This document shows, in pieces, positions 8,610 through 18,695 of a stretch of 64,000 nt of DNA (position 1 is its first letter; every line of letters starts with the position of its first letter). The notes below the pieces were generated by a model. The model searched no databases. It was not told where the DNA came from and worked only from the letters and a program-made list of their open reading frames with translations. Both the position numbers and the translations under genes were made by a program. This DNA is from an uncultured Acidobacteriota bacterium (GTDB lineage: Bacteria > Acidobacteriota > Thermoanaerobaculia > Gp7-AA8): positions 309,841 to 373,840 of the forward strand of contig CAVTGG010000014.1 in the NCBI GenBank assembly GCA_963734155.1. Reading direction: 5' to 3'.

Positions 8610-8712
8610 GTGTCATTCCGAGCCGCGAAGACGGCGAGGAATCCCCGGCGCAAGTACGGTCCTCGTGCATCGGCGGGGGATTCCTCGCCGTCTTCGCGGC
8701 TCGGAATGACAC
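8610..8712. terminator. 37-bp perfect inverted repeat between convergent genes (bidirectional terminator-like hairpin)
   Basis: GTGTCATTCCGAGCCGCGAAGACGGCGAGGAATCCCC (8610-8646) has its exact reverse complement at 8676-8712, with a 29-nt loop. There is no long T-run. Confidence 0.55.
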
Positions 8713-8717
8713 AACGA

Positions 8718-9446
<729 letters not shown>

Positions 9447-9457
9447 TCCGATTCCTT

Positions 9458-10123
9458 TCAGGCGAAAACGTACGGGCCGAGGACGTGCACTACGACGTCG
9501 CCCGCGAAGTGGCCGAGGATTGCGGCTTCGATGCCCCACTTCACGTACAGCAGGCCGAGGACGATCGCGATCAGGCCGTTCACGATCATCACCGCGGTGA
9601 TCACGACCGGTCCCGCGGCGAGCCAGCGATTCAGATGTGCCGCGCCGAAGAGCAGCGCAGCGATGATGATGGCGATCCAGATCCCTTTGTGGGTGCCGCT
9701 GCCCTCAGCGGCACCGCGACCGCTGAGGGCAGCGGTCGCCACATTGATGAGCCACACGACGAACGAGACGATGAAGAGACGAAAGATGATTTCTTCGAGC
9801 GTGGCCGAGTCGAAGGCGATGATCAGCCACTTCCAGACGGGGATCGTCGCTTCTTTGATGATGCGGCTTTGCAGGCCGCCGAGCGGCAACAGCGCGAGCA
9901 CGACTGCTCCGGAGGCGGCGCCGATCAGCAGCGACAGCGCGGCGCGTTTCGGCGAAGGGATCGACGATCCGAGGCCGTGCTTCGCGCCGAACCAAAGGCC
10001 GGCCCAGATCAGCAGGACGATGACGATCTCGACCAAGAGCAACGCGAGAAAGTTCGGCGGATAGGGGAACGAGAGGAACGTGGCGATCACGCCGAGGACG
10101 TAGATCCACCACGCGCGGTTCAT
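9458..10123 (-). CDS. CPBP family (CAAX/Abi-type) intramembrane metalloprotease
   Basis: The gene shows the EEIIFRLFI (EExxxR), FGAAHL and HFAGD motifs across 6-7 TM helices. Its stop overlaps the fabD stop region, giving an ATGA overlap with fabD at 10120-10123. Confidence 0.75.
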   Translation of the reverse strand: MNRAWWIYVLGVIATFLSFPYPPNFLALLLVEIVIVLLIWAGLWFGAKHGLGSSIPSPKRAALSLLIGAASGAVVLALLPLGGLQSRIIKEATIPVWKWLIIAFDSATLEEIIFRLFIVSFVVWLINVATAALSGRGAAEGSGTHKGIWIAIIIAALLFGAAHLNRWLAAGPVVITAVMIVNGLIAIVLGLLYVKWGIEAAILGHFAGDVVVHVLGPYVFA

Positions 10124-11052
10124 GGCCGTGCCAGGAACGCCTCGATCGACGGCACGTCCGAGACGTTGATCAGCTCCACGTTCGGGTCAATCCGTTTGAT
10201 CATGCCGGTGAGCGCGTTCTTCGGTCCGACTTCCACGAACCGCTTCACGCCCATCGAGATCATCTTCTGCACCGACTCCACCCAACGCACGGGCGAGGCG
10301 ACCTGGCGCAGCAGCGCGTTGCGCACCGCCGTCGCGGTGCCGATCGGCGATGCGTCGACGTTCGAGACGAGCGAGACCCACAGATCATGAAAAGCCGCTT
10401 CGTCGAGCACCGGCTTCAATCGTTCTTCGGCGGGCTTCATCAGCTCGCAATGGAACGGCGCGGAGACCGGCAGCGGCAGCACGCGGCGCACGCCGTGTTT
10501 CTTCGCGATCTCGACCGCGCGGTCGATGCCGCTCTTCGTGCCGGCGATGACGACTTGCTCGGGCGAGTTGATGTTCGCGACGGACAACACGTCGCCCTGC
10601 GCCGCTTCGTCGCAGATCGCGCGCGCCTGCTCGAGTGTTCCCAGGACCGCGGCCATGCCGCCGGTGCCGACCGGCACCGCTTCCTGCATGAACGTTCCGC
10701 GCAGATGCACGATCTTCGCGGCTTCGGCCGGCTTCAATCCGCCGACGCTGACGATCGCGCTGTACTCGCCGAGGGAATGGCCGGCGACGAGATCGCGCCG
10801 CGCGGCGTTGTGCTCTTCGAGCACCGCGTGGATCGCCGACGACACGGCGAGAATTGCCGGCTGCGTGTTCTCCGTCAGTTTCAGCTGGTCCTCGGGGCCT
10901 TCGAAGCAGAGTTGCGAGATCGAGTAGCCGAGTGCGGCATCGATGTCGTCGAACACGCGGCGCGCGGCGGGATACGTTTCGGCGACGTCCTTTCCCATGC
11001 CGGCGTACTGGCTGCCCTGGCCGGGAAAGACGAAGGCGGTGTTGTGCTCCAT
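10120..11052 (-). CDS. fabD: malonyl-CoA:ACP transacylase FabD
   Basis: The N-terminus is FVFPGQGSQYAGMGKD and the active-site motif is GHSLGEYSA. Confidence 0.9.
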   Translation of the reverse strand: MEHNTAFVFPGQGSQYAGMGKDVAETYPAARRVFDDIDAALGYSISQLCFEGPEDQLKLTENTQPAILAVSSAIHAVLEEHNAARRDLVAGHSLGEYSAIVSVGGLKPAEAAKIVHLRGTFMQEAVPVGTGGMAAVLGTLEQARAICDEAAQGDVLSVANINSPEQVVIAGTKSGIDRAVEIAKKHGVRRVLPLPVSAPFHCELMKPAEERLKPVLDEAAFHDLWVSLVSNVDASPIGTATAVRNALLRQVASPVRWVESVQKMISMGVKRFVEVGPKNALTGMIKRIDPNVELINVSDVPSIEAFLARP

Positions 11053-11076
11053 CGCGCGGGATCATAATCGAAGGCG

Positions 11077-11763
11077 ATGAGAGTGGAACTGGTCGACGCG
11101 ATCTCGAGAGTCAAGTGGGCGGTGTATCCGTTTCTCCTGCGATTCGCGCCGCGGCTGGCGATCGCCGCCCACGAGCCGAAAGCGACCGGCGCGTGGTGGC
11201 GCGCGATCGAGGAAGGGATGATCGTCGTCGACGGCGGCGCGAACCTCGGCGGATACTCGATGCTCGCATCGAAACGCGCCGGCGCGGCGGGGCGCATCTA
11301 CGCGTTCGAGCCGGAGCCGGACAACTTCGCCAAGCTCGTGCGGCGCGTTCGCGCGATGCACAACGTCGTGCCGGTGCAGAAAGCGCTCGGCAGGCAATCC
11401 GGCGAAGCGCAGCTGCACCTCGACCGATTCCACGCGCGCCACTCGCTGACGCGGGACGGTTCCTACACGATCACGGTACCGGTGACGACGCTCGACGATT
11501 TCGTGCGCGATGAAAAGCTGGAAGGCGTCGACGTCATCAAGCTCGACATCGAAGGCGCGGAGCTCGAGGCGATCGCCGGGATGACCGCGGTTCTCACCGC
11601 CGCACGCCGACCTGTCGTTCTATGCGAGCTGCATCCGCCGCTAACTCCGGAACAGTTCCGCGACGCGCTCGCCGTTCACGGATATCGCTGCGAGGTGCTC
11701 GACGCGCAATTCACCGGAGCGGTGCATGATGCACCCGTGCACATCCTGGCCACTCCCGCATGA
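11077..11763 (+). CDS. FkbM-family SAM-dependent methyltransferase
   Basis: It has the Methyltransf_21-type pattern VVDGGANLGGYSMLAS ... IYAFEPEPDNF ... IKLDIEGAE. Confidence 0.7.
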   Translation: MRVELVDAISRVKWAVYPFLLRFAPRLAIAAHEPKATGAWWRAIEEGMIVVDGGANLGGYSMLASKRAGAAGRIYAFEPEPDNFAKLVRRVRAMHNVVPVQKALGRQSGEAQLHLDRFHARHSLTRDGSYTITVPVTTLDDFVRDEKLEGVDVIKLDIEGAELEAIAGMTAVLTAARRPVVLCELHPPLTPEQFRDALAVHGYRCEVLDAQFTGAVHDAPVHILATPA

Positions 11764-12353
11764 ATGACGATCTCGCGCTTCTGATCCGCCAGCTGCGCGG
11801 CGCGTATTCGGGCGAGCTCGCGGCCGGCTACGCGTATCGCGGCCACTGGCACAGCGTCCGCGACGCCGCGGAGCGCGAGCGGATTCAGGTCATCGAACAG
11901 GAGGAGTGGCATCACCGCGAGCTCGTCGGCGGACTGCTCGCGCAGCTCGGCGCGAAGCCGAGCCGCATCCGCGAAGCGATCTTCTTCGTCATCGGAAAAA
12001 CGATCGCCGCGATCTGCCACATCGGCGGGCGCTTCATCCCGATGTACGGGGCCGGAAAGCTCGAGCGCAGCAACATCGTGGAGTACGAAGACGCCGCAAC
12101 GTACGCATCGCGTTGCGGGCACGAAGAGATGATCGAGTGCCTCTTGGCGATGGCGGAGACGGAGTGGGAGCACGAGCGCTACTTCCGCGAGTGCATCGAA
12201 GGGCATCCGCTGCTGCGGGTGTTCAAGTTGTGGGAGCCGCCGCCAGAACCGCGCTGTCGTGCTCGCGTCGGTGCAGATCCCCAATCTTCTCGCGAATCTT
12301 CGCGTCGATCTGATTCGCGGCAAAGTCGCGGGCGACGCGGATCGCGTTCTTGA
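11760..12353 (+). CDS. ferritin-like diiron-carboxylate protein (rubrerythrin/DUF-type)
   Basis: Two ExxH pairs are present (EEWHHRE, ETEWEHERYFRE). The ATG overlaps the upstream stop (ATGA). The 3' 130 nt overlap plsX antisense and may be an artefactual extension. Confidence 0.5.
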   Translation: MNDDLALLIRQLRGAYSGELAAGYAYRGHWHSVRDAAERERIQVIEQEEWHHRELVGGLLAQLGAKPSRIREAIFFVIGKTIAAICHIGGRFIPMYGAGKLERSNIVEYEDAATYASRCGHEEMIECLLAMAETEWEHERYFRECIEGHPLLRVFKLWEPPPEPRCRARVGADPQSSRESSRRSDSRQSRGRRGSRS

Positions 12354-13260
12354 TCGCTTTCGCGTTCGAGCGGCCGTGGCAGATGATGCAGCCGCCGTTC
12401 ACGCCGAGGAGCGGCGCACCGCCGTACTCGTCATAGTCCATCCGCTTCTTGATGTCGTCGAACGCGCCGCGCAGGATGAACGCCCCGAGCTTGCGTCCCG
12501 GCGTCCGCGTGACCTCGGCGCGCAGCCATTTGCCGACCAGTTCTCCGAGGGCCTCCCCTGCCTTCAGCACGACGTTGCCGATGAACCCGTCGCAGACGAT
12601 CACATCGGCGTTGCCGTTGAACACGTCGCGGCCTTCGGCGTTGCCCATGAAATTCAGTCCCGTCTCTTTCAGGACGCGGAACGTTTCTTTCGTCAGCTCG
12701 TTGCCCTTGCCTTCTTCTTCGCCGATCGAAAGCAATCCGACGCGCGGCGACTCGACTCCGAGAATCATCTGCGCGTAGAAGTGGCCCATGACCGCGAACT
12801 CGCGCAGGTTCGAGACTTTCGAATCGACGTTCGCGCCGACGTCGAGGATGAGCACGTGCCCATTCTCGGTGGCGCTCGGCAGGATGGTGGCGAGGGCCGG
12901 GCGGCTCACGCCTTCGATCGTGCCGAGGACCTTGTACGCAGACGTCATCGCCGCGCCGGTGTGACCCGCCGACACCATCACGTTAGCGCGCCCCTCGGCG
13001 ACGAGGTTCGCGGCCACCCGCACGGACGAGTTGCGTTTGCGGCGCAGCGGCGCGAGCGCGTTGTCGGTCATGTCCACGACTTCGCGCGCATCGACGATCT
13101 CGATGCGCGGAACCGCGGCACCCATTTTTTCGCGTAGGACTTCTTCCCGGCCGACGAGCAGGATCTCGACCGCCGGGTATTCCGCGGCGGCGAGCATCGC
13201 CCCTTTGACGATTTCGTCCGGAGCGTTGTCGCCGCCCATCGCATCAAGCGCGATGCGCAT
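12223..13260 (-). CDS. plsX: phosphate acyltransferase PlsX
   Basis: It starts MRIALDAMGGDNAP and has conserved PlsX-family blocks throughout. Confidence 0.9.
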   Translation of the reverse strand: MRIALDAMGGDNAPDEIVKGAMLAAAEYPAVEILLVGREEVLREKMGAAVPRIEIVDAREVVDMTDNALAPLRRKRNSSVRVAANLVAEGRANVMVSAGHTGAAMTSAYKVLGTIEGVSRPALATILPSATENGHVLILDVGANVDSKVSNLREFAVMGHFYAQMILGVESPRVGLLSIGEEEGKGNELTKETFRVLKETGLNFMGNAEGRDVFNGNADVIVCDGFIGNVVLKAGEALGELVGKWLRAEVTRTPGRKLGAFILRGAFDDIKKRMDYDEYGGAPLLGVNGGCIICHGRSNAKAIKNAIRVARDFAANQIDAKIREKIGDLHRREHDSAVLAAAPTT

Positions 13261-13272
13261 AGTTCACCGCGA

Positions 13273-13458
13273 CTAGAGAACGTCCTTCGTGGCGATGACT
13301 TCGCGGCCCTTGTAGTAGCCGCACTTCGGGCAGACGCGGTGCGGCAGCTTGGCCTCGTGGCACTGCGGGCAGGTGGAGATCGACTTCTGCTCGAGAAAGT
13401 CGTGCGCGCGGCGCGTGCGTGTTCTCGCCTTCGAATGGCGTCGTTTCGGATTTGGCAT
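13273..13458 (-). CDS. rpmF: 50S ribosomal protein L32
   Basis: It starts [20 protein letters not shown] and has [20 protein letters not shown] zinc-ribbon cysteines. An AAGGAG SD is present. The start was set at the internal ATG 13458. Confidence 0.85.
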   Translation of the reverse strand: MPNPKRRHSKARTRTRRAHDFLEQKSISTCPQCHEAKLPHRVCPKCGYYKGREVIATKDVL

Positions 13459-13469
13459 CGTGAAGCTCC

Positions 13470-14024
13470 TTAAACGTTTTTCTTCTTCGTCAACTCGTCG
13501 CGGATGCCTTTCAGCGCATCCCACCGCTCGTCCACGATCGACCCCTCACACGAGCACGACTCGCGGGAGCGGTTCGCGCCGCAGTGCGGACACAAACCGA
13601 GACAGCTCTCATCGCACAACGGCTTCATCGGAATCGAGAGCTGAATCTGCTCCAGCGCGAGGTCTCGCAGAGGGATCGTTCGTTCCGAGTAAAACTCGAC
13701 ATCGAGCTCTTCCTCATCGGTGATCTCGATCTCTTCTTCGGTGATCTCGGGACGAGGGCGAAATCTTACGTGAAACGTGGACGTGTTCGCAAACGGATAC
13801 GGCTCGAGGCAGCGCGAACAATTCAGGTCGGTCGTGAAGGTGGAGGTGCCGTCGGCGAGGTACTCGCCGTCCGCATCTCCTTTGGATACTGTCGCTTCGA
13901 TGCGAGCGCTGCCCGAGTTCGCCACTTCGACGCGCGCGATTTCCTCGGCGGACACGTCGTACGTGCCGCGGTAGGTTTGCGGGCCGTGCTCGTCGATGAC
14001 GTCGAAGTCGATCAGGTCGTTCAT
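13470..14024 (-). CDS. yceD: YceD/DUF177 family protein (23S rRNA accumulation protein)
   Basis: The DUF177 fold has a C-terminal Cys cluster ([13 protein letters not shown] ... CSC). It sits in the canonical position upstream of rpmF-plsX. Confidence 0.8.
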   Translation of the reverse strand: MNDLIDFDVIDEHGPQTYRGTYDVSAEEIARVEVANSGSARIEATVSKGDADGEYLADGTSTFTTDLNCSRCLEPYPFANTSTFHVRFRPRPEITEEEIEITDEEELDVEFYSERTIPLRDLALEQIQLSIPMKPLCDESCLGLCPHCGANRSRESCSCEGSIVDERWDALKGIRDELTKKKNV

Positions 14025-14059
14025 TTAGGCCGCTCCCGTAACCTGACGAGGCCGTAAAT

Positions 14060-15295
14060 CTATTTCGATGCAATGCGCACGCGCAATTCCTCAAAGCCGC
14101 CGGAGACCGAGTCCGCCGCCTCGATCGATCGGGCCTGGCGCAGGGCTTCGGTCCAGCGGCGCAGGTCGCGCGAGGCGCGGTGGACGCGCGACGCGACGAG
14201 GCGTAACCCGCGGCTGTCGCTGAGTTTGTCGAGAATCGGCGGCATCCGCTGGGCGTCGATGCGCAGCGACCAGACCGTCGCCGGCCACGCCGCGGGCTCG
14301 AACGTATCCTTTATATATAGCGGCATGCTCTGGCGGTCGAACGAGACCAGGACCTCGGCGCCGGTGTCGCGCGTCTCGCCGACGAGCGAGATCGCGCTCT
14401 GGACGTCGCCGATCGCGCGGCGCGATTGCTCGTTGGCCGGCAGCGAGATCACACCCTTCGGACGCGGGAGGAACGTGCCGGCGTCGATGTCGTAGAGCGC
14501 GACCGAGCCGCCGTTGCCGAGGAGCGTGGAGAGATCGGTGCCGAGGAGGCGTTGCACGTCGCCGAGGATGCGGGGCGGGCGGGCGAAGGTGGCGGAGAGG
14601 AGCGCGTTTTTCGGATGGCGGGCGGGAGTAGCGCGCGCCTCTGGCGCGCCTCCGTCCTCAGGCGCGCCGGGATCCGCGCCGGCGCGCGAGACGAGATCGA
14701 TCGCAGCCGGCGTCACGCGCACCGAGGTCACGGACGGGCGCGCGATCGGCGGAAACATCCCGCGGGCGCGGTCGCGCTGCACGGCGAAGAAATCGCCTTC
14801 GGGCAAACCGTTCGCGAGCGCGAGGATGTCGTCGAGAGAACGCGCGTCGAGCGGAGCGCCGGGCTCGCCGATCACGAACACGCTGCCGTCCCACACGCCG
14901 TTCGCGTTCGTCGAGGACATCAGCCAGAGACGGACGAGAAACGCGCGGAACGGATCGAGACGGATGGCGTAGCTGATTTTCTTGCCGCGACGCCAGGCCA
15001 CGGCGTCGGCGCCGCCGAGCATCCACGGTTGGGGGACGTCGTGTTCGGACGTCCAGCGCTCGACGGCATCGCGCGTGACGGGATTCGCGAGCAGCCGTTT
15101 GTTCAGCAGCGCGGCGGTGGGGATGAGCGCGAACGAGTCGGCGGATGCGGGCACGCGCGCGATGAGCGCGCGCTGCGAGGCGCTGAGCGGAAAGCGAACC
15201 GGCGCCGCGGCGCTCGGCGTGGTGAGCGCGAGGTAGGCCGCCATCGCGCCAATGAGCACGGCCACGATGGCGAGGATGATGAGGAACGTACGCAT
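14060..15295 (-). CDS. hypothetical membrane-anchored protein
   Basis: There is an N-terminal signal-anchor (MRTFLIILAIVAVLIGAMAAYLAL) and no recognisable catalytic motif. The start was chosen at the internal ATG. Confidence 0.4.
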   Translation of the reverse strand: MRTFLIILAIVAVLIGAMAAYLALTTPSAAAPVRFPLSASQRALIARVPASADSFALIPTAALLNKRLLANPVTRDAVERWTSEHDVPQPWMLGGADAVAWRRGKKISYAIRLDPFRAFLVRLWLMSSTNANGVWDGSVFVIGEPGAPLDARSLDDILALANGLPEGDFFAVQRDRARGMFPPIARPSVTSVRVTPAAIDLVSRAGADPGAPEDGGAPEARATPARHPKNALLSATFARPPRILGDVQRLLGTDLSTLLGNGGSVALYDIDAGTFLPRPKGVISLPANEQSRRAIGDVQSAISLVGETRDTGAEVLVSFDRQSMPLYIKDTFEPAAWPATVWSLRIDAQRMPPILDKLSDSRGLRLVASRVHRASRDLRRWTEALRQARSIEAADSVSGGFEELRVRIASK

Positions 15296-15319
15296 GGGTT
15301 GCACTACTATCGCGCGCGC

Positions 15320-16522
15320 ATGGCGCTGGTCTCCGCGATTCGGATCGTTTTTCACACTCTACGCCATGCGCTCACGGATCGTGTCCATCGCGTGTGGCGC
15401 GGCGCGGCGCATCGCGAGCGGAAGTTGCGCATCGGCGTCGACATCCGCCCGTTTTACGAGCCGCTGACCGGCGTCGGCTGGTACCTCTACTTCGTCCTCC
15501 ACGAGCTCGCGAAATACAAGCACGTCGAGCTCTATCTCTTCGGCGATGCGCGCGTCACGGACCTCGGCCCGACGCTGCACGTCGACATCCCGTCGAACGC
15601 GAAGCTCTGCTCGTTCGATCTGCGCGGCATCCCGTGGCGCAACGCGATGCGGCCGATGACCGCGGCTGGTTACGTCGCCTGGCTCGCGCTCTCCGACTGC
15701 GACGTGTACTTCGGCGCGAACTATTTCCTGCCGCGGCTGCACGGCGCGATCGCGAAGCGGCGCGTGATCACCGTGCACGATCTGACGTACAAGCGCTTCC
15801 CGGAGCTGCTGCAGAAGGAGACGCTCGAGAATCTCGAGCGCGAGATGGCGCGCGAGGTGGCGATCGCGGACGCGATCATCTGCGTGTCGGAATCGACGCG
15901 GCGCGATCTGCTCGAGTTCTATCCGATCGCTCCCACGCGCGCCGTGGCGATTCACTCCGGCCTCGCCCCCGCGCCCGCACCCGAGCCGCTCGAAGGTCTC
16001 CCCTCCCGCTACATCCTCTTCGTCTCCACGATCGAGCCGCGCAAGGACCTCGGCACGCTGATCTCCGCGTACGAGCGCCTGAACGATCCGACCGTGTCGC
16101 TCGTCGTCGTCGGAAAAGTCGGCTGGAAATCGAAAGCGTTGCTTCCGCGGCTGCGCGGCCGCGGCATCGTGCACCTCGACTACCTGCCGCCGTCGCAGCT
16201 GGCGACGGTGTACGAGCGCGCCGCGGCATTCGTGTTTCCGTCGATCTACGAAGGATTCGGATTCCCGCTGCTCGAGGCCATGCGCCACGGCATCCCGTCG
16301 ATCGCCGCGCGCTCGTCCTCGCTGCCGGAGATCGGCGGCGACGCGGCTCTGTACTTTCCCGCCGGGCGATGTCGACGCGCTCGAATCGCAGCTGCGGCGC
16401 GTGCTCACCGATGATGCTCTGCGCATCGATTTGTCCACGCGTGGAAAAGCGCGCGCGGCGGAGTTCCGATGGGAGATCGCAGGCGCGAAGACGCTGGAGG
16501 TGTTACAAAGAGCGGCGGAATG
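15320..16522 (+). CDS. GT4-family glycosyltransferase (apparent +1 frameshift near 16361-16367)
   Basis: The GT-B C-terminal motif is FVFPSIYEGFGFPLLEAMRHGIPSIAA. The reading frame breaks after LYFPAG (ccgggcg) and resumes in another frame to a TGA at 16521-16523. Confidence 0.55.
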
Positions 16523-17533
16523 AGAGTCGTCATCGACGGCCGCCCGCTCGTCGGCAACCGCACCGGCATCGGCGTGCACACCGCCGAGATCACGAAGCGC
16601 CTCCCCTTCGAAACGATCATCGCTTCTCACAAAGCAATCGAAGATTGCGCCAGATCTTCATCGCTCATCCTTCATCGTTCATCCTTCATCCCTCGGCGTC
16701 CTCTGGCAGCAAACTCAACCTCCCGAAAATCGATGGCGATGTTCTCTGGGGTCCTCACGGCACTCTTCCTCTGACCTCGCGCCTTCCGTCTGTCGTCACG
16801 CTGCACGACTTCACCTCCATCACGATGCCGGGCCGGCATCGCCTGAAGACGATCCTCTCCTTCAACCTCTTCATCGGCGCGAGCCTGGAAAAAGCATCGC
16901 GCGTCGCCTGCGTCTCGCGCGCGGTCGCGGACGAGGCGATGCGCGGCTTCGGCGTGCCCGCATCGAAGATCGAGCTCGTGCCGAACGGAGTGGACTCGTT
17001 TTTTTCTCCCGACGGTGAGGAAGAAGACTACGTGCTCTACGCGGGCACGATCGAGCCGCGGAAGGGACTGAATGATTTGTTCGCGGCGTGGAGTGCGCTG
17101 CCGCAGCCGCGGCCGCGGCTCGTGCTGTGCGGCGACGCGGGCTGGGGCATGCGCATCCCGGACGGCGTCGAAGTGACGGGATACGTTTCGCGCGAGCGGT
17201 TGCGCGAGCTGTATCGCCACGCGCGCGCGTTCGTCTATCCGTCGCACTACGAAGGCTTCGGCATTCCTCCGCTCGAAGCGATGGCGTGCGGCGCGCCGGT
17301 GATCGCCACGCGCGTCGGTGCAATCCCCGAATACGCGGAAGGCGCCGCGGAACTGATCGCACCCGGCGACGTCGCGCGTGCTGCGCGCTGCACTCACGCG
17401 TGTGCTGGGCGATGCGACGCTGCGGCGCGAGCTTCGCGCGCGCGGTCCGCAGCGCGCACGCGCGTTCGGATGGGACGAAAGCGCGCGCACGATGGCCGAG
17501 CTGATTCGTGGAACACCGTGGAACATCGCGTGA
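16520..17533 (+). CDS. GT4-family glycosyltransferase (at least 2 frame disruptions, including a 13-bp tandem duplication)
   Basis: It begins MRVVIDGRPLVGNRTGIGVHT and has the motif FVYPSHYEGFGIPPLEAMACGAPVIAT. The frame changes near 16640-16700 (TTCATCCTTCATC x2) and again near 17385. Confidence 0.5.
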
Positions 17534-17559
17534 TCATTTCGATTTTCATAAACAAATGC

Positions 17560-17588
17560 TTGACAATATCGTTTAAGGATTCTATTTT
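17560..17588 (+). promoter_or_regulatory. near-consensus sigma70 promoter (TTGACA-N17-TATTTT) in AT-rich patch
   Basis: The -35 TTGACA is at 17560-17565, followed by a 17-nt spacer and the -10 TATTTT at 17583-17588. The local AT-rich composition is unusual for this genome. Confidence 0.5.
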
Positions 17589-17761
17589 TCGATCAGTAAA
17601 ACGATGATCGCCGAAAAGAAGACGAAATCTTCATTCACGCCGCAGGTCATCGATGTTCGTTTCCCCACCCAACCGTTAACGATTAGCCGGATTCAATCCG
17701 GCGCGTTATGCCAAGAGCGCGACCGGGAGGTCCCGTACGGCATGAAAGGTGGTGAGCACTG

Positions 17762-17830
17762 ATGGCTGCTAAGAAGGGTGGCAAGAAAGCCGCTGCGAAG
17801 GGCGGAAAGAAGACCGCGAAGAAGAAATAA
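17762..17830 (+). CDS. 22-aa Lys/Ala/Gly-rich micro-protein MAAKKGGKKAAAKGGKKTAKKK
   Basis: A strong SD (AAAGGTGGTGA) lies 6 nt before the ATG. The stop TAA is followed at +35 nt by an intrinsic terminator. It lies downstream of the promoter at 17560. Confidence 0.5.
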   Translation: MAAKKGGKKAAAKGGKKTAKKK

Positions 17831-17864
17831 GCGATCATCACCGAACTTTTGGGGAGTCGTATGC

Positions 17865-17897
17865 GTCAGGCCGGCAAACGCCGGCCTGACGTTTTTC
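17865..17897 (+). terminator. rho-independent terminator
   Basis: A GTCAGGCCGGC-AAAC-GCCGGCCTGAC stem-loop is followed by GTTTTT. Confidence 0.65.
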
Positions 17898-17935
17898 AGC
17901 GCAACTTTTCGAATCCGCGCAACGTAACTCTCATC

Positions 17936-18604
17936 ATGCGATACGCCCTTGCCTGCCTCACGGCGGCCGTGCTGTTTGCACCGGCCGCTCTCGCTGACGA
18001 TGATGTCGAGCATTCCTTTCAGACGTCGGTGCCCCGCGGGCAGGTCCAGCGCGTGGTGATCGACATTCCGTTCGGCGAGTTCACCGTGCGCAACGGCGCG
18101 GCGAACGCGATCACCGTCGCCGGCATCGCCTCACGCGACTACGACGGCCACCGCGAGCGCCTCTGGGCGCAGCAGGTGGTCAACGACACGAGCGTCGAGA
18201 TCGTGGTCCGCGGCGCCGAAGCGACCGTGCGAAGGAAGTTCGGCCCGAAGGCGCAGAGCTGGCGGGCGAAGAAGTTCACCGGAATCGACGTGAAGCTCGA
18301 GCTGCCGCCGGGACTCGACGTGAAGTTCGAGACCAGCGCCGGCGAGATCGACGTCGCCGGACACTTCGGCGATCTCGACATCGATCTCAGCGCGGGCGAA
18401 GTCGACGTGCGCGTGCCGCGCGCGACCGTGCGCGAGCTGAACGCCTCCTGCCGCATCGGCGAAGTGCGCACGAACCTCGGCCACGAGATCGTAGCGCGCG
18501 AAGGGATCTTTCCCGGCAAGACGCACTTTTACAACGCCGCCGGCCAGGGACACGTGAACGTGCACACGACGTTCGGCGAAGTGCGGGTCACGCTGACGCA
18601 GTAA
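17936..18604 (+). CDS. secreted DUF4097/DUF2807-like beta-helix (putative adhesin-fold) protein
   Basis: There is a signal peptide (MRYALACLTAAVLFAPAALA). GEIDV, GEVDVRV and GEVRVTL strand motifs repeat. The long ORF start at 17849 was rejected because it encodes the upstream terminator hairpin. Confidence 0.5.
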   Translation: MRYALACLTAAVLFAPAALADDDVEHSFQTSVPRGQVQRVVIDIPFGEFTVRNGAANAITVAGIASRDYDGHRERLWAQQVVNDTSVEIVVRGAEATVRRKFGPKAQSWRAKKFTGIDVKLELPPGLDVKFETSAGEIDVAGHFGDLDIDLSAGEVDVRVPRATVRELNASCRIGEVRTNLGHEIVAREGIFPGKTHFYNAAGQGHVNVHTTFGEVRVTLTQ

Positions 18605-18695
18605 CGCGGCAGCGTGCAACGAGCGCGCGGGTCCTCGGTCCGTTCGTCGTCACCTCGCCGCGCAATCCTGCGCCTCGAGCACGCGCGCGCTCTGG

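Noticed and set aside
10385-11067. Three overlapping ~220-aa ORFs across fabD
   Set aside because: These are off-frame or antisense artefacts. fabD is unambiguous (GHSLGEYSA).
17604-17690. 28-aa ORF MIAEKKTKSSFTPQVIDVRFPTQPLTIS in the leader downstream of the sigma70-like promoter
   Set aside because: It has no SD and an unremarkable composition. A leader peptide is possible but not supportable from sequence alone.
17849-17935. Upstream extension of the DUF4097-like ORF (MGSRMRQAGKRRPDVFQ...)
   Set aside because: This stretch encodes the intrinsic terminator hairpin of the upstream micro-ORF. The real start is the ATG at 17936, which precedes a signal peptide.
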